A stretch of DNA of 63,565 nucleotides, counting the filler, from Octopus bimaculoides (lineage: Eukaryota), in the NCBI RefSeq assembly GCF_001194135.2. It is 7 parts of 6 records of this genome, joined end to end, with 100 filler letters (N's around TTAATTAATTAA, not from the genome) between each part and the next. Parts side by side here need not be neighbours in the genome. Positions count along the whole stretch, not along the records: positions 1 to 8,710 come from NC_068983.1; positions 8,811 to 34,415 come from NC_069005.1; 5 more parts are not named here. One strand, given 5' to 3'. Below the pieces are notes generated by a model. It saw only the letters and a program-made list of their open reading frames with translations, did no database searches and had not been told where the DNA came from. Both the position numbers and the translations under genes were made by a program. Of this stretch, positions 1 to 13,179 are shown piece by piece. Position 1 is the first letter of the stretch. Each line of letters starts with the position of its first letter.

Positions 1-5
1 GATAT

Positions 6-75
<70 letters not shown>

Positions 76-82
76 TATATAA

Positions 83-330
83 TCTAACATATAAATCCCG
101 TTCTGTCTGTCTGTTATTTGTGCGCTTATAACTCGAGTATTGTTCATACGATCGCGCTGAAATTTTAAACAAGGATACATGAGACAGCGGTACGTTCCGT
201 AATCTCAAAATTGTCAGTTTCAAAGTGAGAATCGCTATTTTTGTAATACTCATGGTCTGTCCATCGGATGATTAAAACTTCCATTTGTATTTTTCTTCGA
301 AACTAATGTCACTTATCCCGTAGTTCTTAC
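83..330 (+). mobile_element. 5' part of a non-autonomous Helitron-like element
   Basis: Starts A^TCTAACATATAAA, followed by a (TCTG)n tract and cgatcgcgctgaaatttt, a layout typical of Helitron/Helentron MITE 5' ends. No 3' hairpin-CTAG end was found. Confidence 0.4.
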
Positions 331-2364
331 CAGTACGCCAGTGAAAATCGAAATAAAATACGTAAAGCAACCATCGTCAAATCCAAAATGCCAAAGAAAA
401 GTTTATTGCTTAAATATCACTTCCAATATTTATTTTGGAGATAAAACAGCGTTCAGTCTCACGTATAGGTGTCAACATGAGGTATGTACTATGGAAAGGT
501 ACATTGTACTTATCCTAAGGTGAAAGTATTTGAGTGCAAAATGTGTAAGGTTAATTGTGATATGCGATTCCACTGGAAGTCGTATATATAGTGGGCTGAA
601 CAGCTTTCCTTCATTTTATTGGCCTCATGACAATTCAAAAAAGGTTCACTGTGTTTAGATTCACTGACAATCAATTTAAACATGATTATGTAGAAGAAAC
701 AGTCAACAGTTTTAACGTCTCAGAAATATTTAATGCCCTAATCAAAAGTAACAACACCATAAAATCACCAAACATCTCCGGAAATTAACACCATCAAAGT
801 TAACCCTCTTCACTTACACNNNNNNNNNNATATATATATTCGTATAATATATTTATGTGTATATCGGCATGTAAACATGAATATAAATGCATAAGTGCAT
901 CTTTGTGGGCGCGGTTGAAAGTTTTCTGCATATGTATGCATGCATATATATATATATATCATACAAAATGGGACAAGAACGCAAAACATCCATACAGTTA
1001 GATGATACAAGAAAGGAGATAGATAGATAGATAGATAGATAGATAAAGTATTCTCACATATGAGATAAGACACTTATCAAATGAATAAATAATGATTTGT
1101 CTTTATTTTTTGTATTGTAACAAAAAGCACACTGCCAAGATGAGATACGTAGCTATTGAAGGATGGGATCATTGGAAGATTTTATATGCAATACCTACTG
1201 AAGGCACATATACTCATTTTTATTATACAGAGACATTTGATTAAAATATTCTTTTACCCTCTGTGTGAACATTTGACCTGCAAGATATACAATAACATAA
1301 TATTGCCGAAATCAAACATCACCTTCTTCAGTAGTTCGTGTTCATTTGCCTGAAGACCAGGCCTAATATGACATGTCTGAGATGTCTTCAGAGGAGGTAT
1401 TTTTGCACATTCAACCGTAATCAATGACTGTTAGTGTATCTTCACACAACCTACCGTAAATTTAGTTTCTACATTTGTCTTAAACATGCATATATAAATA
1501 AAGTAAGAACATATATCACATAACAGTTGACGATGTCGAGTTGATTCACTTTTTGTCAGATTACATTTTTCATCCTGTTGTGTGTCCAAAAGTAATCTTT
1601 TCAGAACATATCAACAGACTGAACTGGATCAAATGTTACCAGAAGCGCTCAGAACATAATTCTGAGTAAGGTAACAGAATTCACGTTAATACGTCATAAT
1701 CGTAGTTAGAGTATGAGTGAAGGTCTGAGCGAGTAAATCTGACCTGAATCTATGGAACGACTATATTAAAGCTCATAATTTGATTGACAGTAGAAAAGCT
1801 GTAACCAAAGACAAACAGTAATTTTAAATAAAGTGTAGAAAACAAAAATCTTATGTTGCCAGTAGTTCCACCATGAACATATATCGCCAACCTAGAATAT
1901 ATGCGAAGCATTCAGTTGTAGAAATGATTGCTTTATGTCACCATGGAATACAGGACAAATTTGAATTCATGTTTATCGTATATGACTAAGAAAAATATTT
2001 CTTGGAGAAACATTGATTAAAATTGTGTCTGATATATTTTCATTTGAGTTTTGAAGAAGTAAAAGTTTTCCATCTTACAGAAAAAAACGAGACAGATTCA
2101 ATTGCTAGAGTGACAGTTATATTTTTGCAGTTATAATAATAATTTCATCGTGCATTTCTTAAACATATTTACAATAACTCGAATAATTTGCATAAGTTAT
2201 TTAATGCCATATGTTGATAAAGACCTTTTTCAGTTTATTAACGGCCATATAAATCGTCTTCAGTATTTCGAGTCATTATGAATCACCTGTTCACTACAAT
2301 TTCTATAGTTATAACGGAAAACAAGATAGATATATACTAATGCACAGGCGCGTGTGCACATGCG

Positions 2365-2417
<53 letters not shown>

Positions 2418-2763
2418 TGTAACGCTATCACAGAATTTTTATTCCTGATTAGCACAAGTGAAGCCGGTCGTCTATAGTATGTATTTTATTTCACACACAC
2501 ACACACACATATATATTCCAATATAATATTCCTTGCATCTTTCTTTTTTACCTTTTTCACTAAAAACATTCGGTATATATATATATATATAAATGTATAG
2601 ATCGGAAGAGAGNNNNNNNNNNNNNNNNNNNNNNNNNNNNNNNNNNNNNNNNNNNNNNNNNNNNNNNNNNNNNNNNNNNNNNNNNNNNNNNNNNNNNNNN
2701 NNNNNNNNNNNNNNNNNNNNNNNNNNNNNNNNNNNNNNNNNNNNNNNNNNNNNNNNNNNNNNN

Positions 2764-2797
<34 letters not shown>

Positions 2798-5623
2798 TAT
2801 ACTGTCATTAGTTCATGAAGTGTTAGTTTTAGCGTTGAAAAACGTCTTTAAGCTTTATGTTGTATTTAGATTATTTACAGGAAAAAAGGCAGGGATGCTA
2901 TTCCATATTTATTAAACATTGACGGTTTCACTGAGCATTTTATCAGATTCGGTTTGTATAGCAAAACGCATCGAATTGAAATAACTTGTCGATCGTCAGA
3001 TAATCAGTTGGAAATTACTGTTAATTGACATAGTATCTTATCCTTTTGAATATATAAGTACGCATTAGTCTGTGAATGGAGTAGTAGATATGAAAGGAAA
3101 ACCGAGAGAGCTACAGATTGAATATCCCTCACAATGGCTGGCGTCTCTGATAAATGTCTAACAAATGGAAGGAAGTCTGTATCGAAGTTGACCCGGGACT
3201 AATGAACAGCTACATCTTTGTCAAATATCTTTTTCCGTCGTTGGATTATGATATTTGCATCTGGAGTGATGTACAATAGATGACAGGACCTTTCACATCG
3301 TGTTACAGTAACAATAATCAATAATTTCTGGCACATCCAGAATGAGTTAAACGTATAACTTAATTTTAGAAAAATCTGTTCTTTCATCTCGCTGAACCTT
3401 TGCCAGTAGCAAAAGGATCTGTTGCATGTAATGGTATTTGTTTACCTTTGGCACAATTCCAGATTATTCTGAGGTAACGTACAGCCGATTGAATCGACCA
3501 AAATACATTAGGGGGCCATATTTAACCGACCGTATATGGATATAAGATGTAATCGATCCGGCAGGATTAAATGCAGACAATTCAGGCCTGTGCTGATGCA
3601 ACCACATGCATGACTTTCCTTGCTGCAAGTATTGAAACATCCGTTAAATTAATTCTTTGCTTCCCAAGTAGGTATTGGCAGTAAATTTATTACCATGTAA
3701 AAGAGAGGGAAATATATTTGATATATGTTTAAGTTTTGGGTTTCAATCGATAATTTGTTGGCAATAAGGTTTTGTTTCAATGTTTTTTTTTCTGTAGGTC
3801 TTGTTTTTATACTTTCTGTCGAAATCTGTTTTCCTTATTGTTGCTGTTATTGTTTTATTTCTTTGTCTTTTCTAGAAGTAGAAGTCCTGTTTTTAATAAA
3901 AACAATTTTAACTATTTCCTAATGTTGGCACAGCTACTCGGACACGTGTAACGACGATGTTGAAACATTAAAATTGCTGTGAATACTATTTCCTATATAT
4001 TTTGCCATTTTCGATTTGATTATTACGAAATTTCATCACAAAATAAAAAAAAAACAAATAAACACCAAAACAAATATCAGAAAGAAGGGATGTGTTCTTA
4101 CCTCTTTCTCGTTTTCATGCATTCCATCTTTACTTTTCTCTTAAAGTTACACTTCACAGTATTCCATGCAACATTATTGAAACACTCATTCAAAAATGGA
4201 AGTAATTGAAAATTGGAACAATATTTCGAAAACGAAGGCTATCAGATATGAGGCACCACTTTGTTATATTTGAAAATATCTTGTCATTTTATATTCAGAG
4301 TGAGAAGAAAGGAAAAAAATGTATTGATCTCCACTTCCAAGATAAATACAATAAGTTTTGTATTGTTTAACTTACTGCAAGGGACAGGAATTCCAACTCT
4401 TTTTCTAATAAATACCTCATACCTTAAAATTGTTTATATTTATTCGATTTTTAATGTTGGTAGAGCTGAACTGATGCATGTGAATGTTTTTCACAGAATA
4501 TTTCTTTTACAAGGTCCCAGAGAGGAGGCAATAAACAATAGAGAGTTAGTTTAGATGGGGAAAGAAATTTCTCTAAGAAAGATTAGCCGGAATCTTTAGA
4601 TTGTGCTTTGGATGAGGAAAGTACATCTGAGCGTAAATTGATTATCTCACTAAAAAGACAGTAGTGTTGCTGTTAGGCATCAAGTCATACCATTGAAGTA
4701 TAAAATATAAATTATGGAGTAACACATTATAAAACATAGGAATTCAATCAGCCATTTCAATTTAAACGTACTTACACCTTATCAATGGGCTCGGGAGCCA
4801 GCAAAAGCCACGTTGCGGCGCTTTCCAAGGAAAACAGAAATTCTCAGTGATAGCTAAAATAATTAATAAAACCGATTTATTTCATTTTTAATGTAATCAA
4901 ATAGAAATTAAAAAGAAGCAATCATTTAGAGAATCAATAGTATCAAATGTGCATAAATTTAATTTAAACTAAATAATGAGAATGTGTTAAAACACTTAGA
5001 TTATTCACTATATATATATGTATAAAACAAAAATGACTTGTGATCGGGAATTCTCAGCGATAGCTAAAATATTTCAGCGACAAATGCGAATGGGGTGCAT
5101 TAAATGCTATACAAAACAGGTTCTTAAGCTATTGAAATTATCCTCGCATCAAACGACGGTAGATGAATCGCTTTGTGATAACTATAATCAACAATATTTG
5201 TGAAGGTGAGATAATCTCACGACTAAAAAAGAAATTCAACATTAATCTATCATTAAGGAAAAGACAATTGTATTCTTTAGAGAAAAGGCGTAAGGCTTTG
5301 ATTCGAAATTCTTCCTGAATTCTTTCTTCGGCAATGAATGGCTGCGCATCGTAGAAATGTGTATCATTAATTTAGTCACTATTCAGAATAAACATGACAC
5401 ATTATCAAGATTATACGATTTCAATAACATATACAATCTCTTCTACGGGCTTGTATACAAATTCTTCCAGCTCAATTTCCCTGAAATCGTATGGGTCGGT
5501 TCATCTAAGTCTAAAGAGTATAGAATGCGATATCTACGCAACATATTAGACAGTGGAGTGAAAGTCCATTCGACCATATGTATACATATTAGTATACTTA
5601 TATAAATATACGTACACGCATGA

Positions 5624-5672
<49 letters not shown>

Positions 5673-6495
5673 GTTGATACAGATACACGTTCATACGTAT
5701 ANNNNNNNNNNNNNNNNNNNNNNNNNNNNNNNNNNNNNNNNNNNNNNNNNNNNNNNNNNNNNNNNNNNNNNNNNNNNNNNNNNNNNNNNNNNNNNNNNNN
5801 NNNNNNNNNNNNNNNNNNNNNNNNNNNNNNNNNNNNNNNNNNNNNNNNNNNNNNNNNNNNNNNNNNNNNNNNNNNNNNNNNNNNNNNNNNNNNNNNNNNN
5901 NNNNNNNNNNNNNNNNNNNNNNNNNNNNNNNNNNNNNNNNNNNNNNNNNNNNNNNNNNNNNNNNNNNNNNNNNNNNNNNNNNNNNNNNNNNNNNNNNNNN
6001 NNNNNNNNNNNNNNNNNNNNNNNNNNNNNNNNNNNNNNNNNNNNNNNNNNNNNNNNNNNNNNNNNNNNNNNNNNNNNNNNNNNNNNNNNNNNNNNNNNNN
6101 NNNNNNNNNNNNNNNNNNNNNNNNNNNNNNNNNNNNNNNNNNNNNNNNNNNNNNNNNNNNNNNNNNNNNNNNNNNNNNNNNNNNNNNNNNNNNNNNNNNN
6201 NNNNNNNNNNNNNNNNNNNNNNNNNNNNNNNNNNNNNNNNNNNNNNNNNNNNNNNNNNNNNNNNNNNNNNNNNNNNNNNNNNNNNNNNNNNNNNNNNNNN
6301 NNNNNNNNNNNNNNNNNNNNNNNNNNNNNNNNNNNNNNNNNNNNNNNNNNNNNNNNNNNNNNNNNNNNNNNNNNNNNNNNNNNNNNNNNNNNNNNNNNNN
6401 NNNNNNNNNNNNNNNNNNNNNNNNNNNNNNNNNNNNNNNNNNNNNNNNNNNNNNNNNNNNNNNNNNNNNNNNNNNNNNNNNNNNNNNNNNNNNNN

Positions 6496-6735
6496 NTATG
6501 TATGTGTGTGTGTATGTTTGTATGTGTGTGTTTGTCCCCCCCCCAACATCGCTTGACAACCGATGCTGGTGTGTTTATGTCCCCGTAACTTAGCGGTTCG
6601 GCAAAAGAGATCGATAGAATAAGTACTAGGCTTCTAAAAAATAAGTCCTGGGGTCGATTTGCTCGACTAAAAGGCGGTGCTCCAGCATGGCCACAGTCAA
6701 AAAGACTGAAACAAGTAAAAGAGTAAAAGAGTAAA
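6496..6735 (+). mobile_element. tRNA-type SINE family A, 3' half (5' half in gap)
   Basis: Body catcgcttgacaaccgatgctgg...gcggttcggcaaaaga...gctccagcatggcc...gactgaaacaagtaaaagag with an (AAAAGAGT)n tail, shared with many copies in the window. Confidence 0.85.
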
Positions 6736-8710
6736 ACTTTATATACTTACGATAATACAATAGTAAAATATGAAAATATTACTACGTCAAATATATTTGG
6801 TTAGAGGGATTCTCAGGTTCGTGAGCCAATCGAATTTTGCGGTTGTGATATAGTGGCTGCGTAAAAAGGTTGATTCTTGAACAAGTTTGATATTGATGTA
6901 AAGATATGTCTACCAGCTACAAAGTTTGAGGAGAGATATTTAGAGAGAGTGAGCCTCGATAAGGGCATGGAAGAAGTATGTACTGTACTTAAAATGAGTG
7001 ACAGCTAGTTTATAACGGTTGAGAACACACAACGTTAAGAGCCGTAATAAAATACATGAGGTGTTTCTTCAACGGTCTATAAAAGACTCACAGACATTGC
7101 CATTTCACTGATGTTCCATCATCTATACTTTATTATTTCAATTGACAGCTTCCATAGTGTTCATTGTTCCTTTATATTTAACGCTACATTATCCTTGGTC
7201 AAGGAGACCCGCGACTCAAATGCTTTCAAACCCTAAGGAACCTGTCTTTATACTGTTGTGTAAGATATCTTCTTTCTTGTTTAAACGTGTAGTGAAACTT
7301 TCGAGGGAAGAATGCTGATAACTCGATTGACTTTCGGTATTAATTAATTCTTACGACAAATATATAATGCTGATTTAAACAAACTTAAAATTAAACAGAT
7401 GGTGTTTAACGGTTATCAGCTTGAAGAGAGAATAATTAAATGACGACTAGATTTGAGCTCAAAAAGAAGGATATTCAAATCATTGTATCTATTTCTGAGC
7501 AAATTTCGAGGTTTCTCTAATTAAAAAAAAAAATCAAACAGAACGATGTTGTTTACATTGTCAATATGATGTTGTTTTTGTTGTTGCTGTATTGTTCTCA
7601 TTGAGAAGAGATATTCCAACTAGGATCATACCATCTTTTTTTTTTAATAGTTTACTTAGGACTGTGTAGTGAAAAGTGTGCTTTTTAGAGAGATTTTCGA
7701 GTGATTTGGCTGGTATTTCTCGTAAGTCACCTATTGCAGAGAGTTTCATCGCTAGCTGATTCTCCGTTGTCAAGTAGTATATGATACATGATGTGTATCT
7801 TCTATCAATTAATTTATATAGAAATTCACTTTTTCCTTTGTTATAATATGTTTAGCAGAATACATGTTCAATTGTTAAGTAGACTTAACAATAGGGGCAG
7901 ATAGTTAAGACTGTTGTTACTGTGTTGTTGTTGTTGTAGGTTGTCTACAAAAGAGCTAAAGAATTACATTATTCCGAATTATTGTTAAAACCTGGTGACT
8001 GCTAGTGAAATTAAAGGCCATTCATAGCCATGAACTTTAAGCGGATAACCAGTCTTGTATGATAATACAAACTAACTCATTAATGCAATAGTATACACAA
8101 AAAACCGTTACGGGCTTCAATGAATGAGAAGACAGGGCCTACAGCAATGATTCCTCTTTTCTCACATAGCAGCTGTTATCTGATAAGAGGTAAATGACAT
8201 GCCTAAGGTATGAAGGAGAAATGATTGCGTAAGGACAAAATCTGATATATATTTACCCGCACATAGCTAATACTATTACATAGAACATATTTTTTTTATC
8301 ATATCTGTTTCAAATTTCGATAATATCAATAATATTTACTTTAAGATTCAACATTTTATTTTTATTTTATGCATTTATTCATTTAATACATTTTCAGGTC
8401 TTGAAGATTCCCTCAAATTCTCCAGTATAAAGGGTTTTTTTCCCCACACACTTTTAATGTTTCTCATGCATTTTAAATCATATTGCTCGCAGCAAATTCA
8501 AGATTTCAGACGTGGTTATATTTTTCTCCATCATGCAAGCAGTACTATAGCAAAAGCAAATTTTAAACTAACTTTTTCCTTTCTAGAAATAGCGAATAAG
8601 GTTATATCTTTACATACTTCCAGCCTATTGACTAAATGTCAATATGTGTGTGTGCGTTTCTTTGTACGTGTGTGCATGCATGTGTGTATATGTATATATA
8701 TATATATATA

Positions 8711-8810
8711 NNNNNNNNNNNNNNNNNNNNNNNNNNNNNNNNNNNNNNNNNNNNTTAATTAATTAANNNNNNNNNNNNNNNNNNNNNNNNNNNNNNNNNN
8801 NNNNNNNNNN
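8711..8810. other. Assembly join: 44N-TTAATTAATTAA-44N
   Basis: The same 100-nt construct occurs six times. The palindrome has stops in all six frames, so it is an artificial linker. Confidence 0.95.
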
Positions 8811-9028
8811 TGTATGTTGGCTGCTCAAGAGTGGGCAGCAACAAAAAACCTATTTGTATATGCTCCACAAGAGAAAACAAGGAACATAGTTTACAATGAG
8901 GTGTTATAATCACAACAGCAAGAAAGTATGTACATGATCACCTTCTTTTACGAAACTTCATTGACTTTCATATATTTATATTGATATACATATATATACG
9001 TGTGTTTGGGTGCGTGTGTGTATATACA

Positions 9029-9119
9029 TCTCTATATATAAGGATGATGCGTAGTCTAGACGGCGTTTTTAGATTTCATTATTCTCTTTAACCCGGGCAA
9101 CGCCGGGTATTTCTGCTAG
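9029..9119 (+). mobile_element. Miniature (91-bp) non-autonomous Helitron
   Basis: 5' TC after host A. 3' GC hairpin CCCGG-gcaacg-CCGGG followed 8-9 nt later by CTAG, then host T. No target-site duplication (TSD). Confidence 0.7.
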
Positions 9120-9341
9120 TTATTAATATTTTCAAACATTGCAGAATATTGGAAATGAATAACACTGCTCGTATGACAGTGACACTTATTTACTGGGAAA
9201 ATCTAGACCAAGTTATATAATGTAAATATTTCACAAGGTCTCTGTAGGGCTGTCCTCTTAGTCAACTGGTAACAATTTGGTGTAATATGTTGTAAGAACA
9301 GCAACTGGTTGGGGTTCATTTGTAACAGGCTGGATGACAAG

Positions 9342-9655
9342 GAACTAGTTAGAACTGGCTGTAATAGGTTGTATGAGCAGGAACTAGTTCTAACTTGCCA
9401 CAGATGTTTGTATAGAAGAGAATTAACTTGGACTTGTTAAGACAGGTTGAATAAGAGAGAACTAGTTATGACTTGCTGTTGCAGGTGGTACCAGAAGTTA
9501 AAACTAGCCATGTCTTGCTACAACATGCTTTCTGAGAGAAAACTAGCTGTGACAAGAATATAAGAGAAAACTAGTTTGATAAGTTAAATGAGATAGAACT
9601 AGCTACAGCTGGCTATAACAGGTATGTAAGAGAAGAATATCTATGACTGGCTACA
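9342..9655. repeat. Degenerate 39-bp tandem repeat
   Basis: Anchor (g/a)aactag recurs at 9342, 9381, 9420, 9459, 9501, 9540, 9568, 9596 and 9635. Spacing is mostly 39, with one 42 and two 28. Confidence 0.8.
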
Positions 9656-9734
9656 TGTGAGGTTCTACATGTGAGGTTCTACATGTGAAAACTATGAAGA
9701 ATTACATATGCAAAATTATAGACAAACATCTTAC

Positions 9735-9872
9735 AGTGTTCATTTCTTTCAATTTTGTAATCATCACAATAATTGGAGCCTTTTCATGCCATATCATTCT
9801 CCAGAAGTCCAAAATAGTGTGTGCCATGGGGCCTTGGGTAGCAATGTATGCCATAGCTTCAACTTCATAACC
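9735..9872 (-). CDS. PTPRR-like: Internal exon D of the PTP gene (YIATQGP and DFWRMIW motifs)
   Basis: 138-nt exon with a long T-rich acceptor (...ctctcttcattgtag) and a GTAAG donor. Encodes [46 protein letters not shown]. The IVMITKLKE ending is characteristic of the PTPRR/PTPN5/PTPN7 subfamily as I recall it. Confidence 0.96.
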
Positions 9873-9942
9873 CTACAATGAAGAGAGAAAAAAAAAAGAA
9901 ATTAAAAGGTCATACAAAATTAATATACAAAAATGATTTATT

Positions 9943-10310
9943 TTTTACTTGTTTCAGTCATTGTTTCATAAAGAATTATAAGCCATATGTATTGACCCCC
10001 CCCCCCACACCAGTACTGATCCCCAGTACTTATTATTTTTAAAGCTTGGTACTTATTCTATTGGTCTCGTTTGTGAAACCACTAAGTTACAGGGATGTAA
10101 ACACACCAGCACCAGTTGCCAAGTGGTGGTGATGGTGGTGGTGGGGACAAACACAGGCACAAAGACACACAAGCACATAGATGTATACATACATATATAC
10201 AAGGGGCTTCTTTTAATTTCCACCAACCAAATCCACTCACAAGGCTTTGGTCAGCCCGAGGCTATAGTAGAAGACACTTGCCCAAAGTTCCATGCAGTGG
10301 GACTGAACCT
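9943..10310 (-). mobile_element. SINE family A copy (decayed)
   Basis: Reverse complement of the family A head and body, with CpG-to-TpG decay. Confidence 0.8.
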
Positions 10311-10319
10311 GTCTGACTG

Positions 10320-11540
10320 GAGATTGAAAAATCTCAAGGAAAAACCAGAATGGCTTCTAGAGAAGTAGATAAATATTAGCCCAGATTCTTACAGTTTGGA
10401 GAGGAAGAGTCATTGAAAAGAGTTTGAGTGAAGAACCTGAAAGCGTCTTCCTATTTATTAACTTTTTTAGGGTCTCTGAGTCAATACACAGAAGGAAAAT
10501 AGAAGAAATATTTTTGCATATGGTATCCCAAAGGAATCTGTTAATGCCATCATGATGTTGTATAGAAATATTAAGTCTATAGTTCATTCTCCTGATGGTA
10601 ACACACAGTTCTTTCACATAGTAGCTGGTGTCCTCCAAGGTGACATTTCCCTGTTTTTTAAACTTCAGGTGAGACTTCATCCAAACGAGATACCTTTCTG
10701 TTCTTCAATGGTTTTATGACTGCTTCCAGTTCACCCACAGAAAGCTCCCAAAGTTGGATGTTGAGTTGATGATGAGGGATCTTTTTAATTTCAGGTGGTT
10801 TAATAATTAGATTTTAAAAGTGATCTCGACATAGTTTGAGTCATTCAACTTCACTTGCTGCTGTCAGTTTGGTTTCTGAGAAGCTCTTTCTTCCAATAAC
10901 TTCATTTGCAATTTTCCATGCTACAGATGATTGTTTATTGTCTATAGAAACTTTGATGTTGTCGATTTGTATTTGTATATAAAGTTCTTGCTCTTTTTGA
11001 TATTCTGAAGCCAATTCCATCTGTTCTTTTGTGAACTGTCTTCGGTCTGATCTTGTAGGGTTTGTTCTCTTTTGTTTAGAAAACTTTCCAAGAGTTTCTT
11101 TCTTTTAGATAACAGCTGCAGTTTTCCAGAGAATTCTATGTCTAACTTTGTTTTCAGAGGAATGTACACATCTGCTTTTTGCTTGTGTGCAGTGACAAAA
11201 TTTTCATATTCCTCATTGGGAGAGGTAGTTTCAGGAGTATTTTGCAGGGCTTCATATCTGTTTTTCTTAATGATCAATCAAATTGATTACATATATATCA
11301 GGATTTGCTAGAGATGACGTCATAACATTTACATTTGCTTTCAGGCTTTTTATTTGATCTTAGATAGAGGCAAACTTTAGCTGATACTATCCTGTGATCA
11401 GAGGAAACATTATCAAACGTATCAAATGTCATGCAGTTCATGGCACTGTTTGTCCATTTCTTCTTCATGAATATGTAGTCTAGTTGTGCTTTTGTACCAT
11501 TTGGGCAGCTCACTTTTGATAGCTTACGTTAAGACAGATG
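10320..11540 (-). mobile_element. Non-LTR retrotransposon (LINE) ORF2 relic: end of APE endonuclease plus linker
   Basis: Fragments NGTKAQLDYIFMKKKW...SSDHRIVSAKV contain the APE C-terminal DYI and SDH motifs, followed by frameshifted downstream ORF2 pieces. Confidence 0.75.
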
Positions 11541-12165
11541 AGACGCTTCAGTGGTACATGAGTGGTACTTTATTTTATTTAACCCTGAAGGATAAAAGGG
11601 AAAGTGTGAACTTTGATAGGATTTGAAACTGGAATGCAAGGATCCAGAATAAATACCACATGGCATTTTGTTTGATGTTCTAATGATTCTGTCAATCTAT
11701 CATTATGGTGCAAAGTGCTTGAAGGGCTCGATTTCTCAGTGACCATAAAACTGTTTCAGTCTTGAACAGTTGATCTACTATGATTTTATAAAAGGGACGC
11801 AAGTATTTCTTATATTGTAGTACTGCTCATAACGATGGGGAAGTACTACTGTTGTTGTTATTCCTACTCCTACTACAATTACCACTACTACTACTACTAC
11901 TGCTACTGCTGTTGCTGCTGCTGCTGCCACCTGGTGGTGGTAGTTTCCATTATCAAATCATGCAACAGGCAGCACTTTCCACTGAGGAGAAAAAACAAAA
12001 AACAAAACAACAACAGTATTGGCTGAAACAACAACATAAAAAAAAATAATGACGATAATAGTAACAACAGCAACAACAACAACACAATGATAATCACGAA
12101 ACCAAGTAAAGAATTTTCAACCCCCTCCCCCCCCCCAAATATGGAAAAATCACAAAATGATTTAC

Positions 12166-12242
12166 CCGAATATAGTTGGCGTTAATGTAAGATGAAAGAG
12201 TATCTCCTTCGTAGTTTGGTAAAATAACTCTGCTGTGTTCAT
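12166..12242 (-). CDS. PTPRR-like: Internal exon C of the PTP gene (YINANYI motif)
   Basis: 77-nt exon, ttctctttcttcag acceptor, GTAAAT donor. Encodes (N)EHSRVILPNYEGDTLSSYINANYIR, with the SRVxL and YINANYIR PTP motifs. Phase 1 to phase 0, joining exons B and D in frame. Confidence 0.95.
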
Positions 12243-12733
12243 CTGAAGAAAGAGAAGAAAAATCAATGAAATTGTGGGAAACGTATATCTATATCTATAT
12301 ATATACACACATACATGTGTCTGTATACATACATGCACACACATACACATTATATAGATACACACATGCACATAGTGACTTTGCTATATAAAATAGCAAA
12401 GTTAATATTAAACATATTTAAAAACCAAAATTGGAATAGAATTTTATATGTTATATAAGTGCTAAAGGAAATCTGAACTATTCCAGCCTCACACAGCAAA
12501 TCACTTTTGAAGTTATATCATGAAATGCTCACCAAAACTATTCCATTTTAATAAGTACATACATATATATGCATGTCAGGTATATACATTATATATATAT
12601 ATATATATATGATAGATAGATAGATAGGGTGATAAATTGACTATTAATTCAATTTAAAACCAAGTGGCCTAGCATGTAAAAAAATCTGAAAATTCAGAAA
12701 AAATTGTATTACACGTATATGACCACTAGGTGG

Positions 12734-12769
<36 letters not shown>

Positions 12770-12772
<3 letters not shown>

Positions 12773-13155
12773 GCCCAGAAGTGGCTGCGTGGTAAGTAGC
12801 TTGCTTACCAACCACATGGTTCCGGGTTCATTCCCACTGTGTAGCACCTTGGACAAGTGTCTTCTACTATAGACTCGGAACGACCAAAGCCTTGTGAGTG
12901 GATTTGGTAGACGGAAACTGAAAGAAGCCTGTCGTATATATGTATATATATATGTGTGTGTCTGTTTTTGTCCTCCCAACATCGCTTGACAACCGATGGT
13001 GGTGTGTTTATGTCCCTGTAACTTAGTGGTCCAGCAAAAGAGACCGATAGAATAAGTACCAGGCTTCCAAAGAATAAGTCCTGGGGTCGATTTGCTCGGC
13101 TAAAGGCGGTGCTCCAGTATGGCCACAGTCAAATGACAGAACCAAGTAAAAGAGT
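12770..13155 (+). mobile_element. SINE family A, near full length
   Basis: tRNA-like head gtggctgcgtggtaag...ggttccgggttca (A- and B-box-like), internal (TA)n, body and aagtaaaagag tail. Confidence 0.85.
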
Positions 13156-13179
13156 ATATATTGTTTCTTATGAGAGTTG

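Noticed and set aside
8755-8766. TTAATTAATTAA as a biological palindrome or piggyBac target
   Set aside because: It is always centred in exactly 100 nt of N padding, which marks it as an assembly linker.
9342-9655. CRISPR-like interpretation of the 39-bp array
   Set aside because: Eukaryotic context, no cas genes, the repeats are not identical and the interiors are homologous to one another.
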